From: Antedon mediterranea
Lineage: Eukaryota; Animalia; Echinodermata
Reading direction: 5' to 3'
Length of the DNA: 64,000 bases
Assembly (NCBI RefSeq): GCF_964355755.1
Contig: NC_092670.1
Location: 1,850,201-1,914,200 of the forward strand
Below are positions 1 to 14,400 of this stretch, piece by piece (position 1 is the first letter of the stretch; every line of letters begins with the position of its first letter). Below the pieces are notes generated by a model, which made no database searches, was not told where the DNA came from, and saw nothing but the letters and a program-made list of their open reading frames with translations. The translations under genes and the position numbers were made by a program.

Positions 1-663
1 TGTTAATTAATGTGTCTGTCTCTTATTATTGTTTGAAGGGTGGACAGTGCAATATTTGTTAGGCTTATTGTCATCCTTTCAATATTTCTGTATTTTTAGG
101 TTTTTAGTAATTCCATGCTTGTTTTGCTTGACCATTCATTAACCAATTTGCTTTGACCATGGAAATTCTTATATAATTGGAACTCTGCCAGGTGACCTTA
201 CAATTAGAAATCAATAGGTAAAATGACCTTCACCTACTACCTAAGTAAAAGTTACTTTCTATTGTTTATTTACCAGTACCAGCTATTATTCAAAGTTTAA
301 TCATTTACAATAATATAACGTAATAATAGACAAGAATATATTATGGAGCTTCAATATTTATAATACTAATAACCACTCTCTAGCCTACCAACTGTTTTGT
401 TATGTAAATTATACTATTTATTCGGTATTTATACTATTATTACTTATTATTAGACCTACCTACTCTATAGAGGCTAAATCGTAATGTGTGTAGTTATCCG
501 TGTAGTAATAGTATTATTACCTAGCTAAAAAATATGCCTACAGTAGCTAGTCTAAGGATCATATTAATATTATAGGGTAGGCCATCCATAGCCCATAGTT
601 TTCCTACTGAAAAATATGCCTACAGTAGAAAAAAAAATCCACACAAAAAAATTTTTTTCTTAC

Positions 664-1036
664 TTCTTTTTGCTTCATCTTCTATCGCTGCAAGATCAGA
701 AGTTGTTGCTTCATTTTCTTCTGGATTATGTGAAGTTTTGGCTGTAAAATAACAACGTAAACTCCTTCTACTCATCTCCCCCTCATTTTCATCACTGTCA
801 GAGTTACTATCCCTGCCAGGGCTAGGCCTATGACAGCGTTCGAGTCGTCGTCGTTCCATCCTCCCTCTTCTTGCGGTGCTGGTGGCCGCTGAACATTCCA
901 AATCATCATCTTCCTCCTCGTGGCCTAGCCCTGGGTTTCTCTGTTGTCCGTCTCGATTTCTGGAAAACGAGACTTCTGTTTGAGACTCGACCTTTTGGCA
1001 TTTCGTGGTATCTCTATCAGTCTTTTTGTCAGCCAT
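664..1036 (-). CDS. Possible first coding exon of an unidentified gene running off the left end (low-complexity, charged; MADKKTDRDTTK...EAKR)
   Basis: Open frame from ATG at 1036 with GC-richer coding-like composition, ending at a gtaaga donor-like site near 664; no recognisable domain. Confidence 0.4.
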
Positions 1037-1241
1037 TACGGAGTTCCTCTTCAAAATTCAAACATATTTATTGAACTTTCATTCACAAAAATCAACAAAA
1101 CAAACAAAACGCATTTCATAATTCTTCATCCATCAAAAAAGTAAAAGTGCGCCCTCTATAAAAAATATATTCACACAATGTCGTTTTGATAATTCATCCA
1201 AAGAAATTAAATTATCTTATTAGTTTTTCTTTACTTATTTA

Positions 1242-1565
1242 AATTACATGCCCATTCATATAGTGAGTAATCTTTGGTATCCTCATCTTCATCCTAATTA
1301 CATGCCCATTCATATAGTCAGTAATCTTTGGTATCCTCATCTTCATCCTAATTACATGCCCATTCATATAGTCAGTAATCTTTGGTATCCTCATCTTCAT
1401 CCTAATTACATGCCCATTCATATAGTCAGTAATCTTTGGTATCCTCATCTTCATCCTAATTACATGCCCATTCATATAGTCAGTAATCTTTGGTATCCTC
1501 ATCTTCATCCTAATTACATGCCCATTCATATAGTCAGTAATCTTTGGTATCCTCATCTTCATCCT
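1242..1565. repeat. 54-bp minisatellite, ~6 copies
   Basis: Unit aattacatgcccattcatatagtcagtaatctttggtatcctcatcttcatcct repeated; explains the repetitive ORFs 1239-1616 and 1248-1613. Confidence 0.95.
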
Positions 1566-2313
1566 CTCTATCCTATTTTTCTCCGCGACCAAAGCTGTAC
1601 GCGTTTTCCATAGCAATTTTCTTTAAAACATGCATGCCGCACTAATGAGTAGTAGTAGACAAGTAACACAATTATTACTTCAGTTATACTAAAAGTTCAA
1701 TATAAATAAGTTTTCCTCTAACAAAAGATTGAGCATTATTGAACTTATTCTTTGAAGTAAGATGATGGTATGGTCTGGTTATTTTACTAATGTTATGATT
1801 TGTTCATTAAGTTTTTTGGATAGCGATAATATGTCTCTCTACATGTTGCAATATATTTATTGGTACATAATAACGTCACATACATTGAACATTACCTTTC
1901 AGTTTTGTTTAAAAAAAAACCAAAAATGATTTAAAAAAATATAAGCATAGTTCACTATAATATCTCTATGATATAAGTCAAAGTAAAAAGTAGTGGGTAA
2001 AATTAAATAAAAAAAACAAAATAAGATTGTATGCATTTATAGCGTAACAAATAACTATTGAATTGATGGAATGATATTTTGTCAAATATAGGATTGTTAT
2101 TATTGTGGGTTTGTTCTTAGTTTGACACCAGCTCTCTGTTCACTGTCCATTTAGTACCATCTTTAATCTGTTTACAATCTCTATGGAAACACAATTGAGG
2201 GCGCTACGTTTAAGTCAATTTCTTACATCCAAGACACAACTGTGTAAACTCAACATTTAATTTTACTTCATAGCTATATAGCGTCCAAATATTTATTAAC
2301 TAACCAATCCACA

Positions 2314-2840
2314 ATGGCTAAATCTATCGTCGATGCCCGCGATGTTGGCGTCGGTTCTTGCTCGGCTAGCTCCGTAGGATTAACGACGGTATCGCTACCT
2401 CAGATCGCCCACCATCCCGACTCCTGGACCAGGGTCACCACCAACAATATGCACTTAAGATCGCTACACCAGATCGATCAATTTCAGGTAAGGATAGGCT
2501 CATGCCAAGACTGAACTAAGAGAGCAAATTACATGCAGGAAAAATTAGACAAAACATTCATTATTTTCAAACAAATGTTATGGCGTGTTGAACGGCTTGT
2601 ATTAAATTGTTGATTTTTGAAAAAAGGAAAACAGTTTTTAACGAGGCCGCATCCATGGAGCTGTGTCTTTAAAAGCGGTAAATTATGTTTACTGCTGACT
2701 GTTTCAATAAGTTACAATTTTAATTTGTATCAAAATATGTTTTTATTTTTCATAGGCGTGGCAAAGCGATGTACAAAGCCAAATATCCTGTATTTCTGAA
2801 AAACTGGTAAATACTTATCGTACTTTATTTTCAAAGTAGT
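2314..2840 (+). CDS. Possible small two-exon gene (2314-2487 + ~2756-2840), unknown product
   Basis: ATG-initiated GC-richer ORF ends at cag|gtaagg; downstream pyrimidine-rich cat ag acceptor continues in frame; no recognisable homology. Confidence 0.25.
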
Positions 2841-3284
2841 CTTTGGTGGTTCCTTTTACCATCACTAAGATCAAGGGCGTAAAAACCCACGCAAGAAGTT
2901 TGACCAATCACAAGCGATGAATCATCCTCTGAATTGTGATTGGTTAAATGTAGGCCTACTTGCACGCAGCGGTTTTTATCAATAGAAAGTGATCAAATTC
3001 AATACTGTACAACCAAACGAACGGGTTTTTGTGCAGGAAAAAATGTATTGGAACAACGCGTCCGTACGCGAGATATTCGGGCAGGACGAGTAGGGCCTAT
3101 CATACTCTACTTTAAAAATATAAAAGTAAGCCTACTGAAATTGATCATGTATTATTATTTTGTAGAGATCATCACTAGAAGAAAATCCGCATCCTAATAT
3201 TAACATTTCCACATACGGTCCTGAAGAAGTCAGCTTTGAAGATAAAAGAAAACAATACACTCGCAAGACAACGCCCCAAATACA

Positions 3285-3440
3285 GAATGCCATAGCATTC
3301 GGCAATGGCCGAACGTAAAGAATGCCTTTCGGCAATGGACGAGTAGAATGCCATAGCATTCGGCAATGGCCGAACATAAAGAATGCCTTTCGGCAATGGA
3401 CGAGTAGAATGCCAGAGCATTCGGCAATGGACGAACGTAA
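3285..3440. repeat. ~62-bp tandem repeat (gaatgccatagcattcggcaatgg...), ~2.5 copies
   Basis: Directly visible repeated unit. Confidence 0.85.
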
Positions 3441-4177
3441 CAGAATTGTTGTATTTCAATAACACAGAATTGTTGTTGATAAAGCTGCAGAGGTGGCATC
3501 AGAGTGCAGTGGGCGGCAAGGAATTAACATAAATGACTAAAAAGATGCAACCAAAAAAGATCATGTTTTAGCAATATAAACCTCGAGGTTGTTTATTTTT
3601 AATATTCACATAAATTTGGACATCAACAAATCGAAGAAAGTAAAATAAATATAAATTGAAATAAATCATGGAAGTCCCTGATATAGTAATATAAATATAT
3701 ATTAATGTTAAAACAAAATACGTTAAAATGCTGATTTGGTCGGCGGTAAGTGTATGTTCTTATCCAAAAAAAACCAGCACAATAGGCATATGCCGGTTAC
3801 AAAATAAAAAAAGACACATTAGACTACATTAAGACAAGGGACGTATATTTTATGCTATTTTAAAAGAGATAAACAGGTGGTCACTAATGGGCCGTTATAC
3901 TTTTAGGTAGCGATGCAGAAAACACGAATTATTCATTATATATCCGATATTCCTTACTGAATATACATTAGATGTACGTAACTGAAAATGCTAATTCTGC
4001 CGTCCGTTGAAGTTGTATTTAAGATATTATTATAATATTCTTGCCTGATTACAATAAGCACACATTTTAGCAGCATTAATTACAAATATATTTTTATCTT
4101 TAGTGTTTGTAGGGCCTAGACGTGTGGTTCCAGCAAATAAAATATATAATTATTTCAAACAATCTTGTGCTTGCTTT

Positions 4178-6229
4178 TTATTCATAGAGACTGCTAACAC
4201 CTTTTGTAGTCAATAATTTTTCAAAATCTTCTCTTGCCTTATCAACCGACTGTCCTCTAAGATTCGATACTAATGACACTTTTCCTTTCGTTAGCTCCGG
4301 GAAAGCCGGACTACTGACAACATTCTTCGCTTTTGTAACTTGATCGTCGTCTGTTCCAGAATTTGTTTCGGATATTTGTTGTCGGGTTTTTGCTCGTTGA
4401 ACGCTCTTTTCACCAACTTTCTTGCGAAGGTCTGTATAGGTTGACCGTTTTTGACCATCTGAAAAGGAGAAAAAATCTAAAAATCAGTCAACTATTATTA
4501 TTAATAAAAGACGATCGCAATGCACACCACCCCACTCGTAGGCCTACACTGATGTTACCAAGGTCCGTACGCGGGGAGATAAAAACACGCACGCGTACTA
4601 TCATTGATGTCACCAAGGTCCGTACGCGGGGAGATAAAAAAAAAAAACACGCACGTGTACTAACATTGATGTCACCATACGTCCGTACGCGGGGAGATAA
4701 AAAACACGCACGCGTACAAACATTGCACCAAGGTCCGTACGCAGGGCGATAACAAAACACACGCGTACTAACATTGATGTCACCAAGGTCCGTACGCGCG
4801 CAAAGAGTATACTTATTACTTATATCGCAAAGGATCTTACTTGAAAACTCACAAATTTATGGTATAAAATAAATATGAATTGAATAATAATTGCATAATT
4901 AGGCCTAATGGATTAATGAGTATTTTTTTTTTGCCAAACGTTTAACGGGTTTGTTAGGCATGATAGTTTAAATGTCGAGGATTTTAAATAAGCAACAGAA
5001 AAAAAAAATCAAAACTTACGAATATCTTTTTTTGAGTCAGTTTTCTTGTTTTTTCTATTCGCTTGTACAACTCGTTGAATACTTTCCTCTGAAAATACCA
5101 ATGCTCTATCACCGGCCACCGGGTTGCCATTACAGCATTCTGCATTACACATTTCTCTATCATCTTCCACTTTTCCATGCGGGGCAGCCGTTTCTTTAGC
5201 ATTTTTATGTAAAATATCGTAGCCGGGTCGGAATGAGTCGGTGAGTTGATGTTGTAAATAATCGTATAACTTACGAAGTTCTTTATATTGCAATTTGTTG
5301 TTCAGTGTTTCATCATTGTCGTCAAGATTATTGATAGAAGGCGATTTAAAAAGTTCGTTTCTGTCTCCGGTCGCCGGTTCCGGAGACGGATACTGTATCG
5401 ACTTGTAAGAACTGTGCATCTTACTAATAGCTGACCCGTCTATTGTCTGATTTTCGTCGTCAAAAGTTACGTAAGAGACAGAATCATCGGAACCATACAA
5501 AGAGTCGTACTCATCATCGTCATCTGAGGCGCCAACCCGCCGTTGTCGAACAGCGTTCTGTTCTCTGTACGCTATCATATTGGATACTTTATTTGGGATG
5601 GTTGGTAAAAAAGACTGCTGTTTGGTCGTCTGAATAACCTTTTTCGGACGCATTTCCGCCCAGTCGTACGCACTACGAAATTCACGGTCGCGTACGGTTG
5701 TCGACGCGTTACCTTGATGGATTAGAATACTAGCGCTCACATCATGTCCTCCACGCATAGCTTGCATTAATGGAGTCATTCCATTGAAATTTGGAATATC
5801 CACGCTCAGAGAGTATTTCAGTAAGGCATCCACCATCCTTTTCACAGTGGCAGCACTACCAGAAGATGCAGCGTGAAAAAGAGCTGTACAGCCATTCATA
5901 TCCACCTGGTTCAGGTCAAGATCCACGTCTCTGTGAGCTAGAAGGTAACTTACAAGATAGTCTTTACCGTAGATGCACGCCCATTGCAGCGCATTCCTCC
6001 CGACGACATCTGTCTGCGAAACTTTAGCGCCATATTTCAGAAGCAGTTTTACAACTTTGATCTGGTTTCGGTTGTTGTCGATGAAGACCGCTCGTATCAG
6101 CGGACCTTGTATGCAGTCGTCGACGACGGAGACACGAACGCCGGATTCGATAAGCAGACGAACTTGCCGAGGTCTACCCGCCGAGACTGCCTTAAGTATA
6201 GCGGAACTTGTACCGCTTTCTTCTAGCAT
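4178..6229 (-). CDS. Ankyrin-repeat protein (ANKRD34/63-like architecture), 2 exons: 6229-5020 and 4458-4178, ~496 aa
   Basis: N-terminal ankyrin repeats (GRNALQWAC, GCTALFHAA, GMTPLMQA); phase-1 donor gtaagt after 5020 joins in frame to acceptor at 4458, open to TAA at 4178. Confidence 0.8.
4540..4800. repeat. Imperfect ~60-bp tandem repeat in the ankyrin gene intron
   Basis: Repeated caccaaggtccgtacgcggggagataaaaa...acgcgtactaacattgatgt. Confidence 0.85.
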
Positions 6230-7938
6230 GGTTAATTCTTACAGTAGAGATGATTTGAAAAAATAGTTAATTTTCAATAGACGATTAAAAAGAAGCTGTA
6301 AATATGTTTTTGCTTCTGTTGGTCAAACACAAACGTTCAGCCCTACTGTACTGTTGGTCAAGGCAAACTGTTATGCGAATATACGTGATAACAATCGAGC
6401 TAAACTCTTGTAGACAAGATAAGGTATCAACTAAACTTAGGGACGGATGTGAACATTATCAATATCTCTACACGTCCTCCTTCCAAAGTTTCGTCATTAC
6501 GTCACTTTAATTGACGGAGTGACGTCACATGGAACGATGATTGACGAAATGTCAAATTAATTATCACATAATGGTTATTAAATGTTATCTTCCGCTAGTC
6601 AATGTGGATTACAAGTGTATGTTACACAAACCACTTTCAATTTAATAAAGGTTGAAGCATTCAATGATTAGGAGACTGACCTTTACCGGATAAGGTCTTT
6701 GTTCTCAGGAGGAAGAAAAGAGTTCTCTGTTTATGGCACGTCATTGTCGACATCATGCGTCCACAATGGAACATGTCCCCCGGTTTGTGGCGCACTGTGA
6801 ATACCTCACAGTCGGTTTTTTCGTTACAGTGTTCAAATCAATTACTGAGATAAACTCATTAGATTTGTTGCATTAAAGATTTTATGATCAATTAAAAATC
6901 TATTTTTATTGATTTCTGTTCGGCTGTTCAGAATCGGATACTACTGCTACCTATCCTATTTTGTAACGATTAAGTATAAACAGTTACTGTAATGTTACAG
7001 ATTACACAAAAGTGAATTCAGGAGAGAATTCAAGGCAGGAACAAAATAAGTCGAAAATAATTATGATCAAAGATGTAGGGCTATTATTAATAAAATCAGA
7101 CTTAAAATAGGCCATGTTGTAGTTTTAATAAAGTTAATGTTTTCGATCCCAATTTTGGTCAAAGTGAACAAAAAAAACATTTAGGGGCTGTATATTATTA
7201 AGAATCAGAATCTTATTATTGTTATAATGGAGAAGGGAGGGAGGGGAATTAATGGGTTTTATTACAAGTTACCGTATGTAGATTAAGTAAGATTACCTAT
7301 GTTTTTTGTCTATTTTGTGCTTTCATTTATTATATATTTTTGTTGGACGCACCTTCAAAATGTGAAGTGTGCCACTGTTACAAAAGTGAAGTTCCGAAAT
7401 AATAATTAATTATTATTATAGTATTTTTTAAGGATCTTTTTGATTGACAGTGTCAAACATAGGCCTACACAATCAACAATCTACAAACAAATTGTCAAAT
7501 CAAAGTGTACACAAAATACTTTACAATGCTGAAGGAGATATGACGTCACGCGATGTCAAATAAATTGTACTGTGTATTAATATTATTATTTGACTGTTAA
7601 CAATAAAATGGCATTTTAAGGAACTTTTAAAACATGGTTCACGATGATATAATAATAGCATGAATGAAGAACAGAGTTTTAAATGACTTGCATCTTGGAC
7701 AAGTGTGTGTTCTTCACACGGACTTCTCACCAAGTGTTTTCTGTGTGTTTAAACATTGTATAGTGAATATTAAAAGTAAACACGGAACACCCGCTATGAA
7801 TTAATAAATAGGTCAATTTGGGGTGGGTGAGAGAACAAGGGAGAACAATACGCAATACGGGCTGAAGAATGGTAGCCATACCATGCAGGTGATGGGTGAG
7901 AGAAAGGGAGAACAATACGCAATACGGGCTGAAGAATG

Positions 7939-8774
7939 ACGACTTTGAAAGTGGCTATGCTGACGACTTTGCTGTAAGCTCCTGGTCACAAGAAGAACTG
8001 CAAACCATTGTGAACATCTTGAATAAAGTTTGTCTGGAATTTGGTCTAAGAATTAGTGCCCCCAAAACAGAAACCATTATATGGAACTGGAAAGAGGAAG
8101 TTGAAGAATACCCAAGATGCATCATACAAATTGGCGGCGTACACATTAACAACGTAACACACTTTAGATACCTTGGTGTATGGGCTACCTACAATGATGT
8201 TCATATTGGAGATCAAGAAGTAAAATACAGAATCAATTCAGCCAAAGGAGCATTTGCAGAGAATAGGGCATTGCTTACCAACAGAACGATCCACCTACAA
8301 ACAAGAATGATGTTTCTTAATGGTCTAGTTAGGAGTAGACTCACCTATGGTTGCCATGCTTGGAGGGCAACAGGAAGTGAAATGTCCAAACTTAGCACAA
8401 CATACAAAACCTTCCTAAGAAGAATGCTAGTGAATGGCTTTCAAAGAGTCTGCCCACCAAACCATGTAGACATATCCTCAGATGAAGAAACAGATGAAAA
8501 CTATATAGACTGGCGTTACGTAATTGATAATGACGATCTCTACAAAATTACTGGCTGTCAACCGCTAGAAGAATATGTCTACAAGCAACAATTCAACTGG
8601 ATCGGACATGTAATTAGAAAAGAAAATGAAGATCCTACAAAAATTCTTACTTTTCACACAACACAAAGTAAACGAAGAGGTCGGAAGATACCATCAGTAC
8701 TTGATAGAGTTGTACAACAAAGTCAACTTACTAGATGCAACTTCATTAGAGCCTGCTTCAACAGAAATTTATAA
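7939..8774 (+). mobile_element. 5'-truncated non-LTR retrotransposon (LINE) RT C-terminal fragment
   Basis: YADD motif, GLRISAPKTE, FRYLG, SRLTYGC, WIGHVIR, RRGR typical of the LINE ORF2 C-terminal region; begins abruptly inside the satellite. Confidence 0.9.
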
Positions 8775-9317
8775 TTCCCAGCAATGTTTTAACTGTATAT
8801 ATGAACTGTTTTATAAGTTGTTTTGTGACTGTGTAATTTGGTAGTAGTCACTCTCATACTGTAGGCCTACATTTAAAAGTAACACATCCAAATGCCAACT
8901 TCAAGTCAATGGCTACCAGATGTCTCTGTGAGACGGTTATTTGAACCAGTACCAGTACCAGTATACCATGCAGGTGATGGGTGAGAGAAAGGGAGAACAA
9001 TACGCAATACGGGCTGAAGAATGGTAGCCATACCATGCAGGTGATGGGTGAGAGAACAAGGGAGAACAATACGCTATACGGGCTGAAGAATGGTAGCCAT
9101 ACCATGTAGGTGATGGGTGAGAGAACAAGGGAGAACAATACGCAATACGGGCTGAAGAATGGTAGCCATACCATGCAGGTGATGGGTGAGAGAACAAGGG
9201 AGAACAATACGCAATACGGGCTGAAGAATGGTAGCCATACCATGTAGGTGATGGGTGAGAGAACAAGGGAGAACAATACGCAATACGGGCTGAAGAATGG
9301 TAGCCATACCATGCAGG

Positions 9318-10407
9318 GGGTGTCACGAAAGCTCAGACCACGAAAGCTCAGACCCCCTAAGACCTAAGATCACGAAAGCTAAGACCCAACACCTAAGATT
9401 ACAAATATTTATCTTTCGCACCTGCCTTGTATTTTAACTCCCAACATTTATTCTGAATACCACACCTTAGAATTGGCACTTTCATGAAAAAGAATCACAT
9501 AAAAAGTAACAAATACATTTTTAAATTGATGATTTTACAGACGTTTTTCTCGCACACAAAATGACTAGCCTACACCGTACAGTAGGCCTACCCCATGGGC
9601 CATGTTCAATGTTTTTGTTTCTATGGAACGTCAAAAGAGCAAAAATTATATAGAGGGCTGAAAACTCTGTGGAGTCCATCTACAGTGTGGATGGAACAAT
9701 GTAAAATTAAAATTGTAATGATAATAGTATAATCATGCAAGTACGAAGAAATAAATACTGGCAAATAAATTTTAACTTAAAAGGTTTTTTGTTTCGTTTT
9801 CTTTCTGTTTTTATACTTGTACTATTATTGTTGCTCTTTTGGCGCTCCATAGAAACAAAAACATTGAACGGGGAGCTCGAGGAGTTACATTACAGTATAC
9901 AAAGAACGCGCGTACAAAGAAACACGCCTGTAAAATCATCAATTTAAAGGATTTATTTATTTGTTATGTGTTTCTCCTTCTGAAAGTACTTATAAGTCCT
10001 AATTTTAAAGTGTGGTGTTCAGGATAAAGTTAGTCAACAAATTATAATATTTGGAGTCAAAATACAAGAAAGGCAGGTGCGTAAGAAAAACATCCTCTGA
10101 AGCAACACAATGGAGTAAATATATACCAACAAACAACCCGTCAAGTTTGTTTGTTGTAAAGAAAAAATATACATTTACTCAACGGGCGAAAATAATGTGA
10201 GTTTATCTATGTTTTGCGGTAGTATTAAATTATATTTATGGTAATAAATGAAACCTACTGTGTTTAAAATTATGTATGGATAAACAAGTATTGTTTTTAA
10301 GCTGTAGTATATCTTAGTATTTGTAATCTTAGGTGTTGGGTCTTAGCTTTCGTGATCTTAGGTCTTAGGGGGTCTGAGCTTTCGTGGTCTGAGCTTTCGT
10401 GACACCC
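9318..10407. mobile_element. Non-autonomous fold-back DNA transposon (MULE-like MITE), ~88-bp perfect TIRs, 10-bp TSD ACCATGCAGG
   Basis: gggtgtcacgaaagctcagacc... at 9318 and its reverse complement ending 10407; accatgcagg at 9308-9317 and 10408-10417; degenerate inverted similarity continues internally. Confidence 0.88.
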
Positions 10408-11442
10408 ACCATGCAGGTGATGGGTGAGAGAACAAGGGAGAACAATACGCAATACGGGCTGAAGAATGGTAGCCATACCATGTAGGTGATGGGTGAGAGA
10501 ACAAGGGAGAACAATACGCAATACGGGCTGAAGAATGGTAGCCATACCATGCAGGCACTGTGTTCTACTTATTTTGTAATGTCCAGAATAATTCATAACC
10601 GCTTATTCGCGTGAGGATAAATATAATAAGTTTTTGAAATTATATCTAATCACTTTTATTTATTTATTTTCAATCTTTCGACAATCAGAAACAAAAAAGT
10701 TGAACGGGGCTGTCGAGGTAAAGCAAAACTGTCACTACAAAAGATGTGCTTTAAACCCACGTCAACAATACATATCAACAAAAAAAAATTCAATACAAAA
10801 CATAAAAACAAATAAAATACACTGTGCAAAAATTATATTGGAGATAGATGTTGAATTGAAGAGATCATGTTAAATTGTTGTTCATTCGTTAAAATACATG
10901 GCTTACTTATTCCATGGAGTAAAGAATACTCCATGCTTATTCCATGGACCTATAATTCATAGGTTCTTGCTTTATTCCGTTATAGCATGGAGCTATTTAT
11001 AGAGGAAATTGCATTTGAAGGTATTTGTATGCTTAATTACCACCCGCCGCTTTGTTCATGAACATAAAACATTATCATAAACATCAATAAATTACGCCCT
11101 CTACAACTATAAAAAGGGAAAACCCCTTTAGGAGTACTCCACTTTACAAAGGTAAAATTGTTTTATAATTAGAACAATGAATCTCATTTTTTTAAACATA
11201 AACAAATAATCTAAAACAATTAGACAATATGCAATAATATAAATGTTTTGATTCAGTTTAATTTTGCATCTTAACATACAATTAGAAACTGAAACCTAAA
11301 TTTTAAAAACCTAACACAACTATTTACATAATGGAATGGTCCAACATTGAAGACGCTAAAAAAGAATATAAGTATTTCCTTGTTTCACTTCTTCTTCTTG
11401 CTGGTAGAATAGACATTTTTGTAGGCCTACTGTAGAATAGAA

Positions 11443-14400
11443 ATGGCGAACAAGGGGCACGTTTTGATTTACTTGTCTGTTATTTTAAAGCTGGCTTTGA
11501 GTCAGAGCGACGACCCAACAAATCCTCATAGAGATCCGTCAAAATGTGAAGGTAAGAAATATTGGAAACAGGCTAATAAATAGTAGTAGGCTAGGGCCTA
11601 GCTAGCAAGCAGTTGTACAACTCTCCATACAGTACCACGCCTGGTGTAGCACAGTACTATTTAGCTTCCAATCTGACTATTCTGTTGATTTTGGATCATT
11701 ACTATGGGCTCTGGCCAAAAGCAATTATAATTATACCTACAATGTACATCTATCTATTTAATTGCACTAGGCCTAGGCTAGGCCTACTACCACCGCCGTG
11801 CAAAGGGCAGGCGCTAATATAAGGATCTGATGTACAGATTTAAATATTGTATATAGTTTATACTGTCACTGCACAGGTAGTTAAATTATTAACAACATAA
11901 AGTGGCCTTATACTTTATTTTAATCTGGTTATTAAAATAGAAAACATAATTTGGTTTCCAGATTTAATGATGAATAATAAATAATGTAATGTTTTAGTTT
12001 GATATTCTGTTTTTTAGATTTTCAATAATTGTTGAAAAATTCATTTCCTGTTTTGCAGTTTGTAAATATGTTGTTGACGAATTAGAGGGTAGCTTATCTG
12101 ACACCTCAAAAACTCATGAGGTTTTAAGAATAGGACACGAGTTTGATAAAGAAGCTAAAGAAATAAAGTACAGGCATTCGTAAGTACATTAACTATTTTT
12201 AGGGATGCTTCTATATATAGATTAATTAATTTAGTTTCAGCAATTTACTCTATAACCAAATTTTGGAGTCCCCTTACACATGAAATACATGTGATAAATA
12301 AAACAGTAAATACAGAAATGTCTGGCTTACAACTTTGAGGCATAATACATTATTAAATGCATACAAATCAATAAAGGAAATGAATAATGGATCCATTTTA
12401 TATACGAATAATGCATTTAATTATACATACAACATTAACCAATGATTGTTGTCTCAGCAAGAATTAATATGAGTACTGCATATATCTTAATGAATAATGC
12501 ATACATGTTAATGAGTACTACTGTATTAATAATACATACATGTTAATGAGTACTATGAACAATGCATGAACCAAGTACAGAGAAATATAATCACAAATTT
12601 AAGCTCAATTTCACAACAAGAAAGTATTACTTTAGATTCCTATGGAAAGCCAAACCCGCCAAAAATACATAATACATACCATCCACCAATAATTAATTCG
12701 TACAAAATTCAAACCATCCAATATTATCTCATGCAGTTCAATGAAAACTTAAACCATTCACCTAGTATCTACACCATCCAATATAATGTGTGACCATCTA
12801 TCACTAGCCCAAACGACAATACGCCGAACAAACTACCCATAACACAAACCATCTAAAGAATGTTGAGCCCAGGCAGCAATAATTGAATTAATCTAACGTT
12901 AATACAAGTATATATTAGTCAACTCATTTATCAACATTTCATGTAGTTCATGAACATTTCAAACAAAGCATCTTAATTATAGTTCATCGAATTATAATTC
13001 TAATACATTGCCTGTTTTATACACCGTTCGTCTGTTCAACAGTTGAAACAACTGTTTTGCACACGATACGCCCGTTCGTGAGTTCAAACCATGATATTTG
13101 AAGCATCGACTTTCCAAACAGCGATTTTTCGCACCGAACGTATTTTCTTGAGTTAAAGTGGTTGCATTTCAATCACTTACTTTTGATTGGCCAGTATTAC
13201 ACACCGTTCGCTTGTTCGTGATTTCAAACCATGATATTTGAAGCATCGACTTTCCAAACGGCGATTTTTCGCACCGAACGTATTTTCTTGAGTTAAAGTG
13301 GTTGCATTTCAATCACCTACTTTCGATTGGCCAGTATTACACACCGTTCGCTTGTTCGTGATTTAATGTGATAACATTTCATTCGACAACTTTTCAAACG
13401 TTAGCTTTTGGCTCCGCTTACGTATATATCAGTTGATATACTATTTTTTAATTTTCATACTTTCCATACATCAGTTTTGTACATCATTCGCATTTACGCA
13501 TGTAAAGTGTAGATATTCCACTCGACAAGTTTTAAAACGGTAGTTTTTGTTTTATTGTTTAATTGTAACTGTTGGCGCCGATTTTATATTGGGGTGGGGG
13601 GGGGGGGGAGGTGTTCGGTACTGAATGTGAACAGTACACATTTTTAAATATGGTACCTCTACATGTCCGGAAATTACACTCTCTCAAAAAAGGGTTTTTT
13701 TTTCCGTAGTGTGTAATATTAAATCAACCACAACCACAACCGTAAGATGAGAACATTTTAGGAACAATGGACATGTTATGCCCTGAAATTGTACTCATTA
13801 AAAATATTCCAGCTAGAATAAAATGTATAGTCCCCTCTCATATTCCCAAAAGTCTTTAACATGGCGTATGTTCCTATTGCTATTGCTTTGCAAGAAATCT
13901 GTCAAACACTTGAACAGTATGTGAATGGTAACATTGATAGAAATCTATTAATGCCACTCCCAATGCGACTGGAGGTTATTATCGAAACGATAATCGGGCA
14001 TGAAAATATCCGGTTAGAGGTAATCGATAATCTTGTAGCGAGTAAAAGAGCGATAGAAGAAGTCATTGGCCCAGGCCAGGTAGGAGACGAACATCCCACT
14101 ACGGACTCTGCCATGATTCACACTGGCAGACCAGGACGGGCAAGATTTGTGATCGGGCGTAGTCAGCTGCAGTTCTTTGTGGGTGCGTATTATTTTTAGG
14201 CCTCCTAGGTTTTGGGCCTAGGCCTATGTATCATTATCTACTTTAATTATTTCTTGTCTTTGGTAAAGTGGCTACCATCGAAGTAAGTAATTCATTCATT
14301 AAATTAAATTCGTGTTTCGGAAGCCATCTTCTTCTTGAAGAGAGTGGCAAACAGTCGTAACCAGCCGAGCCTTAAAAACAATTATTTTTTGTTTTTTACG

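Larger units (their letters stand above)
7820..10556. repeat. 69-bp satellite in three blocks (7820-7938, 8965-9317, 10408-10556), separated by inserted elements
   Basis: Unit ccatgcaggtgatgggtgagagaacaagggagaacaatacgcaatacgggctgaagaatggtagccata; explains the 23-aa repeat ORFs. Confidence 0.95.

Noticed and set aside
1239-1616. Repetitive ORFs on both strands
   Set aside because: Artefacts of a 54-bp (multiple of 3) minisatellite
8854-9326. Hydrophobic repeat ORFs
   Set aside because: Translation of the 69-bp satellite
12636-12640. Alternative reading of a 4-bp TSD (ATTC) with CTATGG..CCATAG termini
   Set aside because: The 6-bp GATTCC duplication with TAT..ATA ends is the longer match and fits IS3EU
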